Source: Kondoa subrosea | Taxonomy: Eukaryota | NCBI GenBank assembly: GCA_039545335.1 | Contig: BCIN01000007.1 | Coordinates: 992,001 to 1,043,299, forward strand | Direction of reading: 5' to 3' | Length of the DNA: 51,299 bases | Part shown: piece after piece, positions 1-13,022 of the stretch | Layout of the letters: every line of letters begins with the position of its first letter | Position numbering within the stretch: the stretch's first letter is position 1 | Notes under the pieces: generated by a model | Told to the model about the DNA's origin: nothing | Database searches by the model: none | The model's input: the letters and a program-made list of their open reading frames with translations, nothing else | Position numbers and translations under genes: made by a program

Positions 1-1413
1 ATGTATTCATTGAGAGCGGTAAATTGTTGCATCCGGCGACCAAGACGTTCATAGGTCCTATTGATGATCTGAAGCTCGTGCGCAAATTGCCACGATGTAT
101 GTTCAATCACAGCAAATGCAACCGAAGTACTAGCAGCGAGCGACCCATGTCGTCCCAGCCAGGCCACTAACAGCTGTTTCAAGCGATTCATCAGAGTTAA
201 ATTCGCGAGGCTTATGAAACCTCGTACGAGCTGAAATCCGCAGCGTAGGCTGTGCAAGGTTTCACTTCTTGCTCTCTCAGCGACTTGGTCCAATTTGGTA
301 CGTTTTGAAGTCACAGATGGATCTAAAGATGATGCCGCTGACCGAAAGCTGGCACTTATCCATGGCGCGATACCTGTAAAAAGCCAATGAGCAGATGACA
401 AGAAAGCGAAGCATTAGCCCTTGCCTAATAACTGAACATCTTTCGCCAATCGCTCGTTCGTGCCTATATCGAAAAGCCTCCTCATTCGGACCAAGGTAGA
501 ATTTGACACAGAAAGAGCTACAGACGCGCTAGCCCAATTTCGATTCGCAAATGAATTGTACACTGGTTCTTCTAGTAACCAGTAGACGGATAGCATAAGT
601 ACAAGAGGTACGCAGGATCGAGGAATGAGCGATATGATTGTAGCGAGGCGCAACATGTAGGTCATGAGCCTTAGCAGAAATCAAAGAGAGCTCAACTGAC
701 GGTAGCATCAGCCAATGAGCAGCAATGGAAATGACAGTCTCGGGAAATAAGGAGTCTGTGCTGTCTTCCGGAACCGCGAGCTGCCTGCTTTCTGCGAGAA
801 GATCCCGAGTACTTTCTCTTTCTCCAAGTTCCAGACCAATATTGGCTGCAGCAGCCAAGATGGAATCTTGTATAGCAATGTTGTACAAAACTTTGAAACG
901 ACCAGTATAGAAGACAAGTTTCGATTGGATAGACTTCTTAACCAAGGTTAAACCGAGCCATAGGATCATATACAGCAGAAAAGAACCGAAACTAATTTGG
1001 CCACCTTCAAAAACAGCTTGCGTCTGTACGAACAATCAGATTTACGATCTGCGTTCGACAAAGGTAAGATTGACCAGAACCAGGATCTGCATTTTGCAGT
1101 ACAATTGTAGCACTGGGTGAATGGTGTCCAATGTTATGCAAGCGACAATGGCAAGGATCAGGTGAGGTTCGGTATGCCATATTCCTGCGTTCATCGACCA
1201 TGCAATACGTAAGAACCCCCCTTGAGCTACTAATTTGGCGATTGCTGCTCTGCGAAGTTCACGGTATGTCCATGTAGTCAGCTTGATATACTGCGTTACT
1301 CTAAAGGTCAATGATCACTGTGACGAAAGATCAGAAGTATGAGAAGCTCACCTTTCTGAACCGTCGTCGCTATCTCGGACAAGCCAATGAACCAAATCAT
1401 CCTCATTGTCCAT
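1..1413 (-). CDS. Multi-pass membrane protein, probably the N-terminal part of a fungal ABC half-transporter; runs off the window start
   Basis: ATG at 1413 (MDNEDDLVHWL). Intron 1301-1351 joins in frame to RVTQYIKL..., and further exons match ORFs 1042-1311, 529-1035 and 414-665, with several hydrophobic helices. No nucleotide-binding domain lies in the window, so the ABC call is inference from resemblance. Confidence 0.5.
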
Positions 1414-3073
1414 CTTATCCTTATTCTGGCTGACTGAAAACATACGATCGCCTTATGACGAGGCTAAATTCAAGAGAGAGGGAATAGTGGTCCGTTCCGG
1501 ATGAGAGAAGAATATGATCACATAGCAAAGCTGACTAAAGACCAATTTGCAATATGTAGGCGAGAGCAGGCTGTTCTTGTCATTGTTCTCGTCATTGTAA
1601 AATGCACCGCAAGACAGACCGAAACACTCGGTCTCGGGCAAAGCAATGCAAGCTGCAGGTATGAAATACTTAGACACATAGCTCCAGTCGTGTCAATGGA
1701 ATCCTGCGGAGTCTCTGAGATTTGCAAGTCCTTGCTTCGGCTAAGAACAATAGGCAATGTGGACCACGAAAGGCGACGATCTCTTGCACTCAAGACCGCA
1801 ATCACAAGAAAGACGGAAGAACTACAAGTATGCCATCTGTACGAGCAGAATGTATTTCAAAGGCTTGCGAAAGTATATAAAGAAAATCATGACAAAAGCT
1901 GAGGCATACGCATGATGTACATCTTGCTCAGGGCTCATCTTGGAAATTTGTAAATGATATCGAAGAGCAGCCAAGTATCAGAAACAGACCACAGGAACAT
2001 TGAATCGGACGGCAATGGCATGAAACAGAAAGGTTCGAAGGCAGTCCACATCTGCAATACCTAGGCTTGTGAGGATGAGTTCTACTTGATTGAATGCTCG
2101 ATGGTGCTGTTTGTTACTGAGCGCCGGTCCAAGCCATGTCCGTCCAGATCCCGCGGCATTCTTGAAGAGTTAGATTCGTGTTGTACAGCCAAGGATGATT
2201 CTCGCGGCCCTCCGGCTGCCCTTTCAAGCTCAAGCAAGACTACTAGCGCCGAATGCTCTGCCTGTAATGGCGCGCTTCATAAGAATTCCTGGGTTCACGG
2301 CGAGGAACAAGCCAATCATAGAAAAGCCAAAGTTGAGGCGAGGACACGCTGCGGCAACTAAGCTGAAGGTGCGCGATACACTACTGAGGCACAATCGAAG
2401 TCTGTAACATGTGACTTGCAGGCCAAAACAAGGAGACTGATGCAAAAGCGAAATCCGCGGAATTGATGCAAGAGGGGGCTAAGGCTGCGACCCGATGTTA
2501 GAGGCACGGGCATATCATGAAATGCTTCATACAGTAGGTTCTTCCCAATAGTGCTGTTCTGACGCTGAAATTCAACTTCAGCACATGTATATTCTTTCGC
2601 TTGTACAAGCAGCGTATCATTCAGGACGATCCTTAATCTTTCATATGGAAGCTAGTCTTCTATCATCGCCATGCTATCTCGTGCTGTCTTACATCCGTTT
2701 TCTTGAAGTACGCCTTCGTGACGATACTCAAACTGTGTTCACGCTTAATGCGGTCGTCTGACCACCTTCCTCTCGTCTGCTCCTCTTGTCGCTTCTTCTC
2801 TTGCTTGACATTTCGTTCTCTTTCACAGCATTTGAATTGAAGCTGTGCAAAGTTACCCGGAAAGCTGGACGACTGGTTTTGCTATCCTTTACAGCTTACC
2901 CAAGCTTGATCTGATTTAGCTTGTATTCTTGCAGCGCTCGAGCTAAAAGTATCGCCTCAAGTCAGCTGAGTCTCAGCTTTGCCGAAAGTCTACACCGACA
3001 TTCTTCGTTACAGCCCAAAAGGCAAACCGTAATTCAATAGGCTGTATAGCTTAAGCTTCTTCCCCTCTCCCTT

Positions 3074-4036
3074 ATGAGCTCCGAAGCGGCTTTGGCTCCT
3101 GGTTGGATCAAGCAATGGAGTAGTAGATAGTTGGTTGATCTCTCCTTTGTTCGAGAATAATTTACCTTATTCTGCTACAACTAGTCAAAGATATTATTAT
3201 GTACGGGTAGATGGAGTCTCTGATGAGCCTCTCGAGACCAGTCAGTATTTGTCCTACTGCTTAGAAGAGTTTTTGCTTATCTTGGTATGCTAGCGTGGGA
3301 ATGTCCATCAGCCACATTACCACCTCCAGAATCTTTATTACCCTTGGATGACGTGCTTGCAAGTCCTTTACCAGCATTACCTGGTTTTACCGATTATCAA
3401 GATCAATACTCGAATCCTTATTCCAGTCAAAAACCTGTATCTCAATATCAAGAGATGGATTGGAATAGACCTTCTCACCAGCCACAACAGTCACAGTGGT
3501 CTGCTCAAGACAATTATGTCACGCCGAGTGGGTTAGTCGGTCCTGCTTCAGATCGGGACTTTCATCTTCCTCCCGGTCAGTGCATTCATCTTGGACGAAT
3601 ATGAATAGCTGATATATCTAGCAGATATGCTGCAACCTGCCTCTACATTCTCTGATCTTTACCCCTCTCAATTTGGGTATTCGAATCCTCCCTCATCATC
3701 GAAGTACAATCATCAACAGCAAGCGCCACCTATACCCGAACACTCTCGGCCTTCGTATCATTTCGAGCACGAAGAAATGAGAACTGAATATGGTTATCCC
3801 GCCGATCCACATCAGCAGCAGTATCATCTACCACAACAAACTCAGTCGCCGTACTATGGAGGAGGAGGACAAGATTATTCTCAGCAGCAGCAGCAGCAGC
3901 AGAACTATGGAACATACAATGACCATTATTCGAATCCAGGTTATGGCAATTCTTACATGGTTTGTTCCCTTGCAATTGATATTCAAGAAGACTGATCATC
4001 TTTAGCTAGGGACAGCATTTAGGGCGTCCTGATTGA
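3074..4036 (+). CDS. WW-domain protein with a Q/Y/P-rich low-complexity C-terminus
   Basis: The spliced N-terminus reads MSSEAALAPGWIKQWSSRYQRYYYVRVDGVSDEPLETTWECP (W...YYY...WxxP WW signature). It continues in ORFs 3287-3604 and 3627-3995. The last exon is uncertain. Confidence 0.75.
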
Positions 4037-4229
4037 GATGCACTCGAGGAGACTGTTACAAACGGACTATGGAGATCAGAGCAGAATAGTAATAGACAGA
4101 GAAGTTTGACAAAATAGTAAATATAAGATGATTTGGATATCCTTCTACTAGTACAAACTACAACGCTGAATGCGACCCTCTACAAATAAGTGTACAATGG
4201 CAGACCTTTTTACGCATAAATGTCCTGAA

Positions 4230-7128
4230 CTACATCTTTTCCCCAGGAAAACAAGATCTACTCTTCTTTTTCCCTCTTCTTTTCCGACTCAATCATTTCT
4301 TGAACTGATGGATTACCTCTTTGTATTGAAGTCATGAATCGCAAGAACCGTTCCCCGTAATATTGAGGTGGAACAGGCGAAATCGCTTTCTGTGAGTGAC
4401 GTAGCACTGCCTATCAGCTCATGAAGCTGAGAGAATTGCTTGACTCTCACCTTATCGTGGACGAAGCCTTTAAAGAAATTCTCAAAGAATTTCATGAACC
4501 CAAACGGCGTAAGAATATCGATAATACCAAGGTAATAAATGGTATCCATAGGATCGTCCATTTCAGTAGTCGCTTGATATCCACCTTCATCTTGATAGAA
4601 AATGAAATGCCTTCGTTCCGATCGATCTCGGTCTGGTAGACGATTGGTTTCTGAAATTGCTTTAGGATCTGATCGAGCGACCATCTGTCGCATCTCGTGA
4701 GCATCTTGATCGCGTTCGCGTTGAATCTGAGTCGGTCTCCTCCTAAGTTTTTGAGTATCGGGCTGTACAGTTTCCTCGACATCAGCATTTCAGTTTGCAA
4801 ACAGTGAACCGAAAACGCACGTTGAACATAGTCAAGGCATTCTCTCGCAATTTCTCACTGTTACCTCGAGTCACATCATGTATACCAACAAGCAACGAGT
4901 AATCCATAATGCCAAGCAATTGCATGAAAGCTGTATCCGATTTGAGCTGTTCGGTGAACAAAGCTCTTTTCTCTGGTCCTAGTTCCAGCTGTCGATTCTT
5001 CTTGAGCCAATTCAAGTCTTTCTGAGTAGCTCCCGGATTCTGTTTGAGTTTCTCTTCTGACGTTTCTCGGCTGACAGTAGAACCCTGTGAGAGCCACGAT
5101 TGAAACAAGCACCCATTGTGCGAACAATCATTCACTCACCTTCAAATCATAAGTTTCGTGTATATCTCTGTGCGGAGGCATAAGATTGTTCATAATGACG
5201 AAATGAATCTTTCTTCCTCTTGGTAACTTGACCCGATGCAAACCGTAAAATCGACTGATAAGTGTATGCGGATTGGCTTTGACATGTTCATGATACTGTT
5301 TGAGTATTTTCCTCAAGAACTTGTGTTCAGAATGTCGAATGGTTTTGATGATGAATCGATAATCGCGAGAGAAATAAAAGAAGGAACCGGATTTACCTGG
5401 TGAGCCTAGTTCGGAAAGGATATATTTAGCTGTTAGGGAGAGGAGGTAGTCTGCTGGATCGAGATGAAAGTATTCCCGCAATTCCCGAAAGATCCAGGGA
5501 GCATAATCTTTGAACTTGAAATCGTATCGAGCAGAAGGTGTCAATTCGTTTCCGATACTGCACATGCTATCAGCTAACTGTCCTCATAGGAGAAAGTCTC
5601 ACTCACATATCGAACGAAAACTTATGTCGAGCTGTATAATCTTCATCTGTCAAAGGCCGCTTGATTTTAGCTTGACACCTTGAGACCTGTATTCGTGTGT
5701 CAGTAATAAGACAAGACCTCAATAGAATGGACCTACGCCGATTCTGATGCCCGTAAGCATATTGTACATCAAAACATAATTCACATGATCTTCACCAATC
5801 AAATTCCCAACCAAAGCTCTATCCCCAATAGTACCAGGGATGACTTCTTTTGCATTCTTTTCTTTAACTTCTCTTTCAACTTTTTCTTCTCTTGCTGCTG
5901 CTGCTGCTTGTCTTTCTTTACTACTACTAACAGGAGAAGATTCTTCTGCGTCTTCACTTGATCTACTTAAACTTCCACTACCTCTTTTCTGAATAGCAGA
6001 AGCAGTCGAACTTGATAAAGCTCTTCTAGATTGTCTTTCTTTCCTCATTTCTTCTGCTTCCCTTTTAATAGAATCTTCAATCCCACCTCCTTCAACTTCC
6101 TCTTCATCACCCATAACGACAAAAGGTGGATCAGAAGATAACGGTAAAGTGAAATAAGATTGAGAAGATGTGGAATAAGAATGAGAGTTAGATCTTCCTC
6201 TTTGCTGTTGTTGTTGTTGAGATTTGAGAGCATTACGTGATGAATTTCGGATTGGTGGTGAAGGTAAAGTGGAAGTAGACGCTATAGGTTGTTCTGAGAA
6301 ACTCAAAGCGGTAGCTGAATCGTTGATTTGCGAACTAGCAGGTTTTTTGAGTATTGAATTGGGTAGACGAGAAGAGTTGGAAACGGGTGAAGAAGAACGG
6401 AAAGAAGAGAAATCTTGGTCTGAGCTGTTCAGACTTGATGTAGGACTTGGCGGTCGAGCTGAGGTAGAAGCAGCAGGTAACGGAAGATAAGTAGATTTAG
6501 CTGGAACTTGGAGTGGGATTTCAGATTTGGGAGAAGATGAGATTGGCGTGGATGGAATGATTGGAGAAGGTGTTTCGAAAGATAAGCGAGGCAAGAGCCG
6601 ATGCGGTACGACAGGTATAGCTTCAGGCAAGTCTTCTGAAACGGTCGGAGCTCGTTCTTCTGTCGTCGTATAGAACGAGGTTGAGCTTCCTTCCTGCAAA
6701 TGGCCATTGTTTAGAGATGTATGTTCAGAGGTAGATTGAGCAGAGTCCAGCAAGCCATTGAGATCATAAGAATGAGTTGCAGATTTGGTCAAAAAGCGGT
6801 TTCTCTGAACTTGCGACCCATTTTCTGCATGGCCGTTTGTTCCATTAGCAGGCCGACCATTTGACTTGCTCTTCAAATGAGTCACAGCATCGGAAACAAA
6901 GTCTGAAGGCTTCCTATGCGGTATCTGGCTCTTGACAACAAGTGTATCTGCAGACGATTCTTGCAGACAAACTTGTTCTGTCTTGATCCCATTGCCACGA
7001 GACTGCACTAAGAGTTGCTCCGACAAGCAGAAGAGAGGGTTGAGGCCATCTTCGACTTGAGTGTTTTTCAAGAGTTTGTCAGCTTTCTTAGGCTGATTCG
7101 AAGTATCAAAGGACTCTGGCGCCCTCAT
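4230..7128 (-). CDS. MSS4: Phosphatidylinositol-4-phosphate 5-kinase (Mss4/Its3)
   Basis: PIP5K motifs [49 protein letters not shown] and [10 protein letters not shown], plus a long S/P-rich N-terminus. Confidence 0.95.
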
Positions 7129-7438
7129 AATCTCTCTCTACTGTCTAGGTATATATGTGTGTTACTGTGATATAGCCATGCACTTCGCAAGTTGGCAGTC
7201 GAGGTGCAAGCCAGTCCAAACGCTTCTTCTCTTCCCTTGACCCTGTTCCATCGAATCCCTTCTACTCGTATCAGGTCTCCCTGTTATTAGCGTCACTACT
7301 TGCAAGCTCTCTTGATCGGCGCTTGGAGGAATCCGCTTCCATTGGTTAACCTCGCTCGAGGTGTCACTTCTCATCAATCCTATCATTTGTATCAAGGCAT
7401 AGCTGTAATTTGGAGCACATAGCTGTGATCTGGCAACC

Positions 7439-8226
7439 ATGCAGACTATCTCCAAATTCATCTATGGTCCAACACCAGAAGGTTAGCTCTTCTTACTCTC
7501 CCATCTTCCACTTACATGCTGAATTGTACATGTGTTGTCGCATATAGAGAAAGTTAAAAAATGGCAGCAGCAACTGAGATCAGAGCAACGAATGCTAGAT
7601 TCCGAACTTCGAACACTCCAAAGAGCTCAAGATAAGACCAAGATTCAATGCAAGCAATTAGCCAAACAAGGTTCAGTGAGAGATGCGAAGATCTTGGCTA
7701 GGGAATTGGTTAGGAGTAGGAAACAATCCCAAAGGTTGCATACAAGTAAAGCAAGGTTGAACAGTATCAATATGCAATTATCTCATCAACTAGGTTCGTC
7801 CCAACCTTCTCCAACTGATTCGCTTACATGATGCTTCTGTTGTGAACAGCTACATTGAAAATCACTGGATCGTTACAGAAATCAACTGAAATCATGAAAC
7901 TTTCAAACTCGTTGATCAAACTACCCGAACTATCGAAAACAATGCAACAAATGTCAATGGAAATGACGAAATCAGGTTTAATGGCAGAATTGGTGGATGA
8001 TACTTTGGATATGGCTTTAGATGAAGATGATGAAGAAATGGAAGAAGAAGCTGCAGAAGAAGTGGATAACATACTGTGGGAAATAACAGAAGGCAAATTA
8101 GGTCAAGCTGGTAAAGTCGCAAACAACTTACCGAAACAAGATGTACGAGAAGAAGCTACTGCAGAAGAGGACGAAGCGGAACATAAGAGAATGCAAGCAC
8201 AGTTGAACGAGTTATTGGGTAGTTGA
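7439..8226 (+). CDS. VPS24: ESCRT-III subunit Vps24/CHMP3
   Basis: MQTISKFIYGPTPEEKVKKWQ...AKILARELVRSRKQ..LHTSKARLNSINMQL...GSLQKSTEIMK, an acidic C-terminus and two introns. Confidence 0.93.
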
Positions 8227-8284
8227 TTTTCTGTTTTATGGATTACGAACGAGAACTGTACAAATTGCATTGTATCTGTCTATA

Positions 8285-9599
8285 TCATATTCGATCTCCT
8301 AGCCTAGAGAGATCGTCTGCTTCCGCTTCGTCCTGTTGTAGTTCCTCTTCCGATTCCTCTTCAGATGACGATTGTTGATTACCAGGCCGCCAAGCTGTAC
8401 TTGCATGATTCGCTGTACCAGTGAGACTAAGCTAGACTCTCTCTCTGCGCCGATGTAGGGGGACCTACGATTCGCAAAGAGCATATCATCTTCATCTTCT
8501 AGTTTACCAGCCGCTCCTGTAATTGTTCTGAGATCAAAACTCTTCCGACGGTGAGGCAAATACTGACTGCGTTCTTCATCCTCATCTTCCAGTTCCTGCA
8601 CTATTTCAGTCTCCATTTTTCGTATCGAATCAGCATCTGAGCAAGTCTGATATCGTTCCAAATACGGTCTGCTCCGAATCTGAGCGCTTCCCGATTCTTA
8701 GCAGAGTCGACATACCTGTTCAATGCCCAAAAAGAGTCACCCCAGGAGAATTTCGATAACAGTTTCTCTGCTTGAGGTATATGACCCGTTATTGATAAAG
8801 CTGCTGCTATCGCTTCCACGCAAGTTAGCTTGAAGGCTGTTCTCTCACGAAAAGTATTAGCGTAAGATAATGCAATAGCGATTCGAGACGAACGTTTGCC
8901 ATAATTGACCGGATTCGCAGCGACCAAATATGGTACTACGATAAATTGTTAGGGATGCATCTGATACGAGATAAGAGGCTTACATAAACGCTCATGAGGA
9001 CTCCTGATTTTCGCAAAAGGTACTTCATCTAATCTCGCCCAAGAGCATTCCACAACAGCTACACCACCATCCAATACTACAGAGCTATCATTCGGACATA
9101 CAGGCGATTGGCCTTTGGGCCTAGTAAACAATCAGGTTCAGCAGGATAAGAGGAAATGTTAAAAGAAGGAAAACATACGAAAGAACTATACCTCGAGATC
9201 GTTGACCAACTCGAAGTTCTTTCATCAAACCCATTCGAGCTAATTTTTTGCCTGAACATTTCTTCGGATCACAATGATCGAAGTCCTGTGCATCTTATGT
9301 GTGAGCGGAAGAGAAAACACAGATGTTGACTGAGGAAACGATTGCTCACCCACATTGCTACATCAACGAAATTCACTTGATCTTCAGGTATTTCTTCCTC
9401 TAATCGATTCACAGTGAGCTCTATTGGTAAACGGAGGAGTGGCTCAAGACATACCGACATCTGAACCATCATAATGTAAAGCAGAACGCTCTAATGCGGA
9501 AGGTAAAGAATCAGAGATGGGGATCTCTTGTTCCCTATTGGGCTTGCGCTTGGCTTGACGTGGCTTCTGCTTTGACCGATTACTGTCGCCTTTGCCCAT
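8285..9599 (-). CDS. TSR3: 18S rRNA aminocarboxypropyltransferase Tsr3
   Basis: Motifs [59 protein letters not shown] and [11 protein letters not shown]. The acidic tail is reconstructed to TGA at 8285-8287. Confidence 0.93.
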
Positions 9600-10074
9600 T
9601 TTCTCGCTGTATCAGGTTGACGAGATACCACGACCGAAATTCAGAAGAGTTGGATTAGGAGCATAGCTAGCGTAATCAGATCGCAGCAAGATGATCTATG
9701 GAATGACTTCGATACTAAGCAGGCAGAGAAGCTATTAGGGAAAGAGCCTGCGCTTTCAAGATCTCGGATTCGCTGTAAAGATTACTGGACGTTCTAAATG
9801 CCGCGAGGAAGCTTGAAATGGCTGCTCCTGCACTGCACTGCCTTCTGGTTTTCCTAGCCAAGCTTACGCTATTCTCCTGCTTTGAATATTTTGCTGTTCT
9901 TCCAACTTGTCTCGGCATTCGACCCTTCCTATTCAAGCCTTTTCTCAAGCACATGCACTCCTAGCTGGTCATCTTGCCTTCTCTGTTGCCTGTGCCGTGT
10001 TCTGCTCTGTCAATTTGCAAATTCTACAACTTCAAGTAGATTGTGATTGTACCTCAAATACACACAGATCTATC

Positions 10075-10193
10075 AGTTACTACCATACGAAGATGAAAGC
10101 ACTGCATCCCGTCCGATCTGCAAAGTTAAGCATCTTACGGCCCAGTCAGTACTACGGTGGGGGACCACGTGGGAATACTGTGGTGTAGTAATT
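10075..10193 (+). rRNA. 5S ribosomal RNA gene (single dispersed copy)
   Basis: 119 nt, AGTTACTACCATAC...GCATCCCGTCCGATCTGCAAAGTTAAGC...AGTACTACGGTGGGGGACCACGTGGGAATAC...GTAGTAATT. The conserved 5S motifs are present, and the 5' AGTTACTAC pairs with the 3' GTAGTAATT (helix I). Confidence 0.95.
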
Positions 10194-10198
10194 TTTTT
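10192..10198 (+). terminator. RNA polymerase III oligo-T terminator of the 5S gene
   Basis: A T7 run sits directly at the 3' end of the 5S sequence, with a further T5 run just downstream. Confidence 0.8.
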
Positions 10199-10663
10199 GC
10201 TCTTTTTGGGACGGACTGGACTCGCAAAAGAGGCGATCGCAAGAACTGCTCATGAACTGCTTATGAAGAGTACTGGTCGCCTTGGTACGCCTAGGCAACG
10301 CCTACCTCTGATACACAAAGATATACAATCAAACAGCTTGTGCGTGAGTACGCTAGGTGTTTGGTTCTTTCTACGACTCATGATGCAGAAATTAAATAGG
10401 CGGTCTTCCCGTAGAGATGGCTGTCGTCATATCAGCCTATCATAGTAGCTCGACGAAGGCTTAGAGAGTCTCTCCCTTCGTCTCTGCTCCTGATTGTAGT
10501 ATTATTATGCTCAGCCATACTTAAACTATTGTATGAAGGTGTAACAGCCTGCCAGGCTGCCATAACTAGTCTTGTGTAAAGCACTCCCTGACTTGGACCG
10601 ACGACGACCATTGTTGACGTTTGCACTCTCGGCCTCTCCACACGAGCACGAATCTAGAGCAGC

Positions 10664-12825
10664 ATGGCTCAACGCAAGGCCATCTTCGCTCCCTCTCCTA
10701 GCACGACCCGCGGTGTGAGCTGTAAGATCAACGCGTTTGGAAATGACAAGGTCATCTACGCCAATGGCAAATCTATCATTATTCGCAGTCTTAGTGACCC
10801 AGCAGCTACTTATACCTATGCCCATACAAAAGATGCGACTTGTGCCGCTCTCTCTCCTTCTGGGTATTACGTAGCTTCAGCAGATGTATCAGGATCTGTG
10901 AGAGTCTGGGATGCAACGCCTGCGAAGCAAGGTCAGTCACTAGCTCACACTTCTATATTCACTTGAAAGAACAGATATACAGGACTGCCGGATGAACCTG
11001 TGCTGAAGAACGAAGTCAAAGCGCTCAGTGGTCGAGTGAACGATTTAGCTTGGTTAGAAACTAGAGTTGTTGCTGTGGGCGAAGGCAAGGAGAAGTTCGG
11101 TTCGGCATTTACATTTGACAGCGGGAATTCTGTTGGAGAGATTTCTGGTCATTCGAAACCTATCAATTCCATTGCTATTCGTCAACAAAGACCTTTCAGA
11201 GCTGTGTATGTCTTCTGCTCATTGATATTTTGTCATACTGAGCAGTCAATAGTACTGGCTCAGATGACAACGGAGTAGTATTCTTGACCGGAGTGCCATT
11301 CAAGTACAGTCGAACAAACCAACATCATACTTCCTTCGTGCATTCAGTCGCTTATTCATCGAACGGATCGCTATTTGCTTCAGCTGGTGCAGATCGGAAG
11401 ATCTACCTGTATGATGGATCTTCAGGTGATCAAACTATTTCTTTGGCTGGTCATGAAGGATCTATCTTCGCTGTCGGCTTTTCAAGCGATTCAAAGTCTC
11501 TAGCAAGTGCAAGCGCCGACGGTACAGTACGACTCTGGGATGCCGAGAGCCAAAAGGAGACCAAAAAGTGGGATTTGGGCAAAGGTTCTGGCTTGGAAGG
11601 ACAGCAAGTCGGGCTTTGCTGGGTTGGAGAGACGATGGTCTCGGTGTCTAGTACGGGAGATTTGAGTTTGATCGATCCAAGGGAAGATAAAGTGTCGAGA
11701 GTGCTTTCAGTCAGTGTTTGCGATCGTTGAGCGTACTTTAGAAGCTGATGGTCTTTGCAGGGCCGTAAGCTGTAGTTTGTAGTTTACGGCACCGGGCTGT
11801 CAGCTGACATTGTCTCTTACTGTAGACCAAAAGAGCATTACCGCCCTCACCTCACTCAAGTCCTCGAGCGGTCCAACGCTTTACTCCGGCTCGTACGATG
11901 GTCGCTGTAACTCCTTCGATGCTTCTTCCGGACAATGTACACCAGTCCAAGGTTCAGGTCATGCTAGTCAAATCACAGCTGTATCCGCATCTTCTGCTGA
12001 AACGTTATGCTCTGCTGGTATGGACGACACTTTACGATTTATCGATGGCCAGGGTCCTACATTCCAGTAAGCGCTCGCTCTTCCGTCGCTTTTTATCGGG
12101 TGCTAATCTGTCTCAGAAACAACTTCGCTTCCACCACTTCTTTACCTAAATCTCTAGCTTGCGATGGTAACGGAACGACTTTCCTACTCACTATCAACTC
12201 CTTACAATCTTTCAATAATGGAACGAGATCTGATTCAGTATCCTTGGATTCGCCAGTCGCTATGAGTTATTCGAACACGCAAGCTAACGTAGCAGTAGCG
12301 AGTGAGAATGGTCAGATTACATTCTACAGCCGAGAATTGAAGGCGTCAGGGAAGAAGCTGGATGCAGGTGGAAGTGTGAGCTGTTTGTCTTACTCTCCGG
12401 ATGGTAAATGGCTAGTGAGTGCTTTCCTAACGGTGCGCGAAGCTTGTTGATTGTTGGCAGGCCGTTGGATACTCTGCTGGAAAGATCTTGGTCTATGACA
12501 CAAGCTCTTTAGAGGTAAGCAGATTTCGTTGATTTACAATAGCTGTACCTGAAATCATGTTGCGCAGGTCAAAATTGCTTCCTGGGTCTTCCATTCTGGG
12601 CGTATCAACTGTATTACTTGGTCAAGCGACTCAATGTACGCTGCATCAGGAAGTCTGGACTCGAATGTCTACATTTGGTCAGTAGCGAAGCCGATGCGGA
12701 AAGTAGCAATCAAGAATGCTCATTTGGCTGGCGTGACTGGTGTGGAATGGCTTTCGGAAAAACAGATCGCTACTGCTGGGGCTGATTCATGCATTAAGGT
12801 GTATGACATTACTCTACCTGCTTAG
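10664..12825 (+). CDS. AIP1: Actin-interacting protein 1 (WD40, Aip1/WDR1)
   Basis: FAPSPSTTRG, SPSGYYVASADVSGSVRVWD, GEGKEKFG..FTFDSGNSVGEISGHSK and IRQQRPFR, then multiple WD repeats ending ASGSLDSNVYIWS. Confidence 0.95.
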
Positions 12826-13022
12826 AAGAAAGTATTGCAGAGCTGGTCTTTGCAATATCATCATATAAGTGGTCACTTGTAGCGTGTTGCCAAATTCGTT
12901 TCGCTAGCAGAAAGGAGAGGGCATTTCATACATCACATACATCCACGAGAGCTAATACAGCCCGAGCGGCAAACACTCTAAGTTCTGCCTTCCTCTGGCT
13001 GGAGGTGTAGCAACTCTTCATC

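Noticed and set aside
1318..1351. Apparent 34-nt intron in the first gene
   Set aside because: That acceptor leads to an in-frame stop. The acceptor at 1301 gives a normal 51-nt intron and the correct frame.
1450..2700. Short Cys-containing ORFs on both strands (e.g. 1501-1902 +, 1453-1677 -, 2086-2361 +)
   Set aside because: No recognisable domain or consistent splice model. It may be a degenerate gene, but I cannot support a call.
9907..10445. ORFs 9907-10188 and 10047-10445 (+)
   Set aside because: They overlap the 5S rRNA gene and have no protein-like features, so they are spurious.
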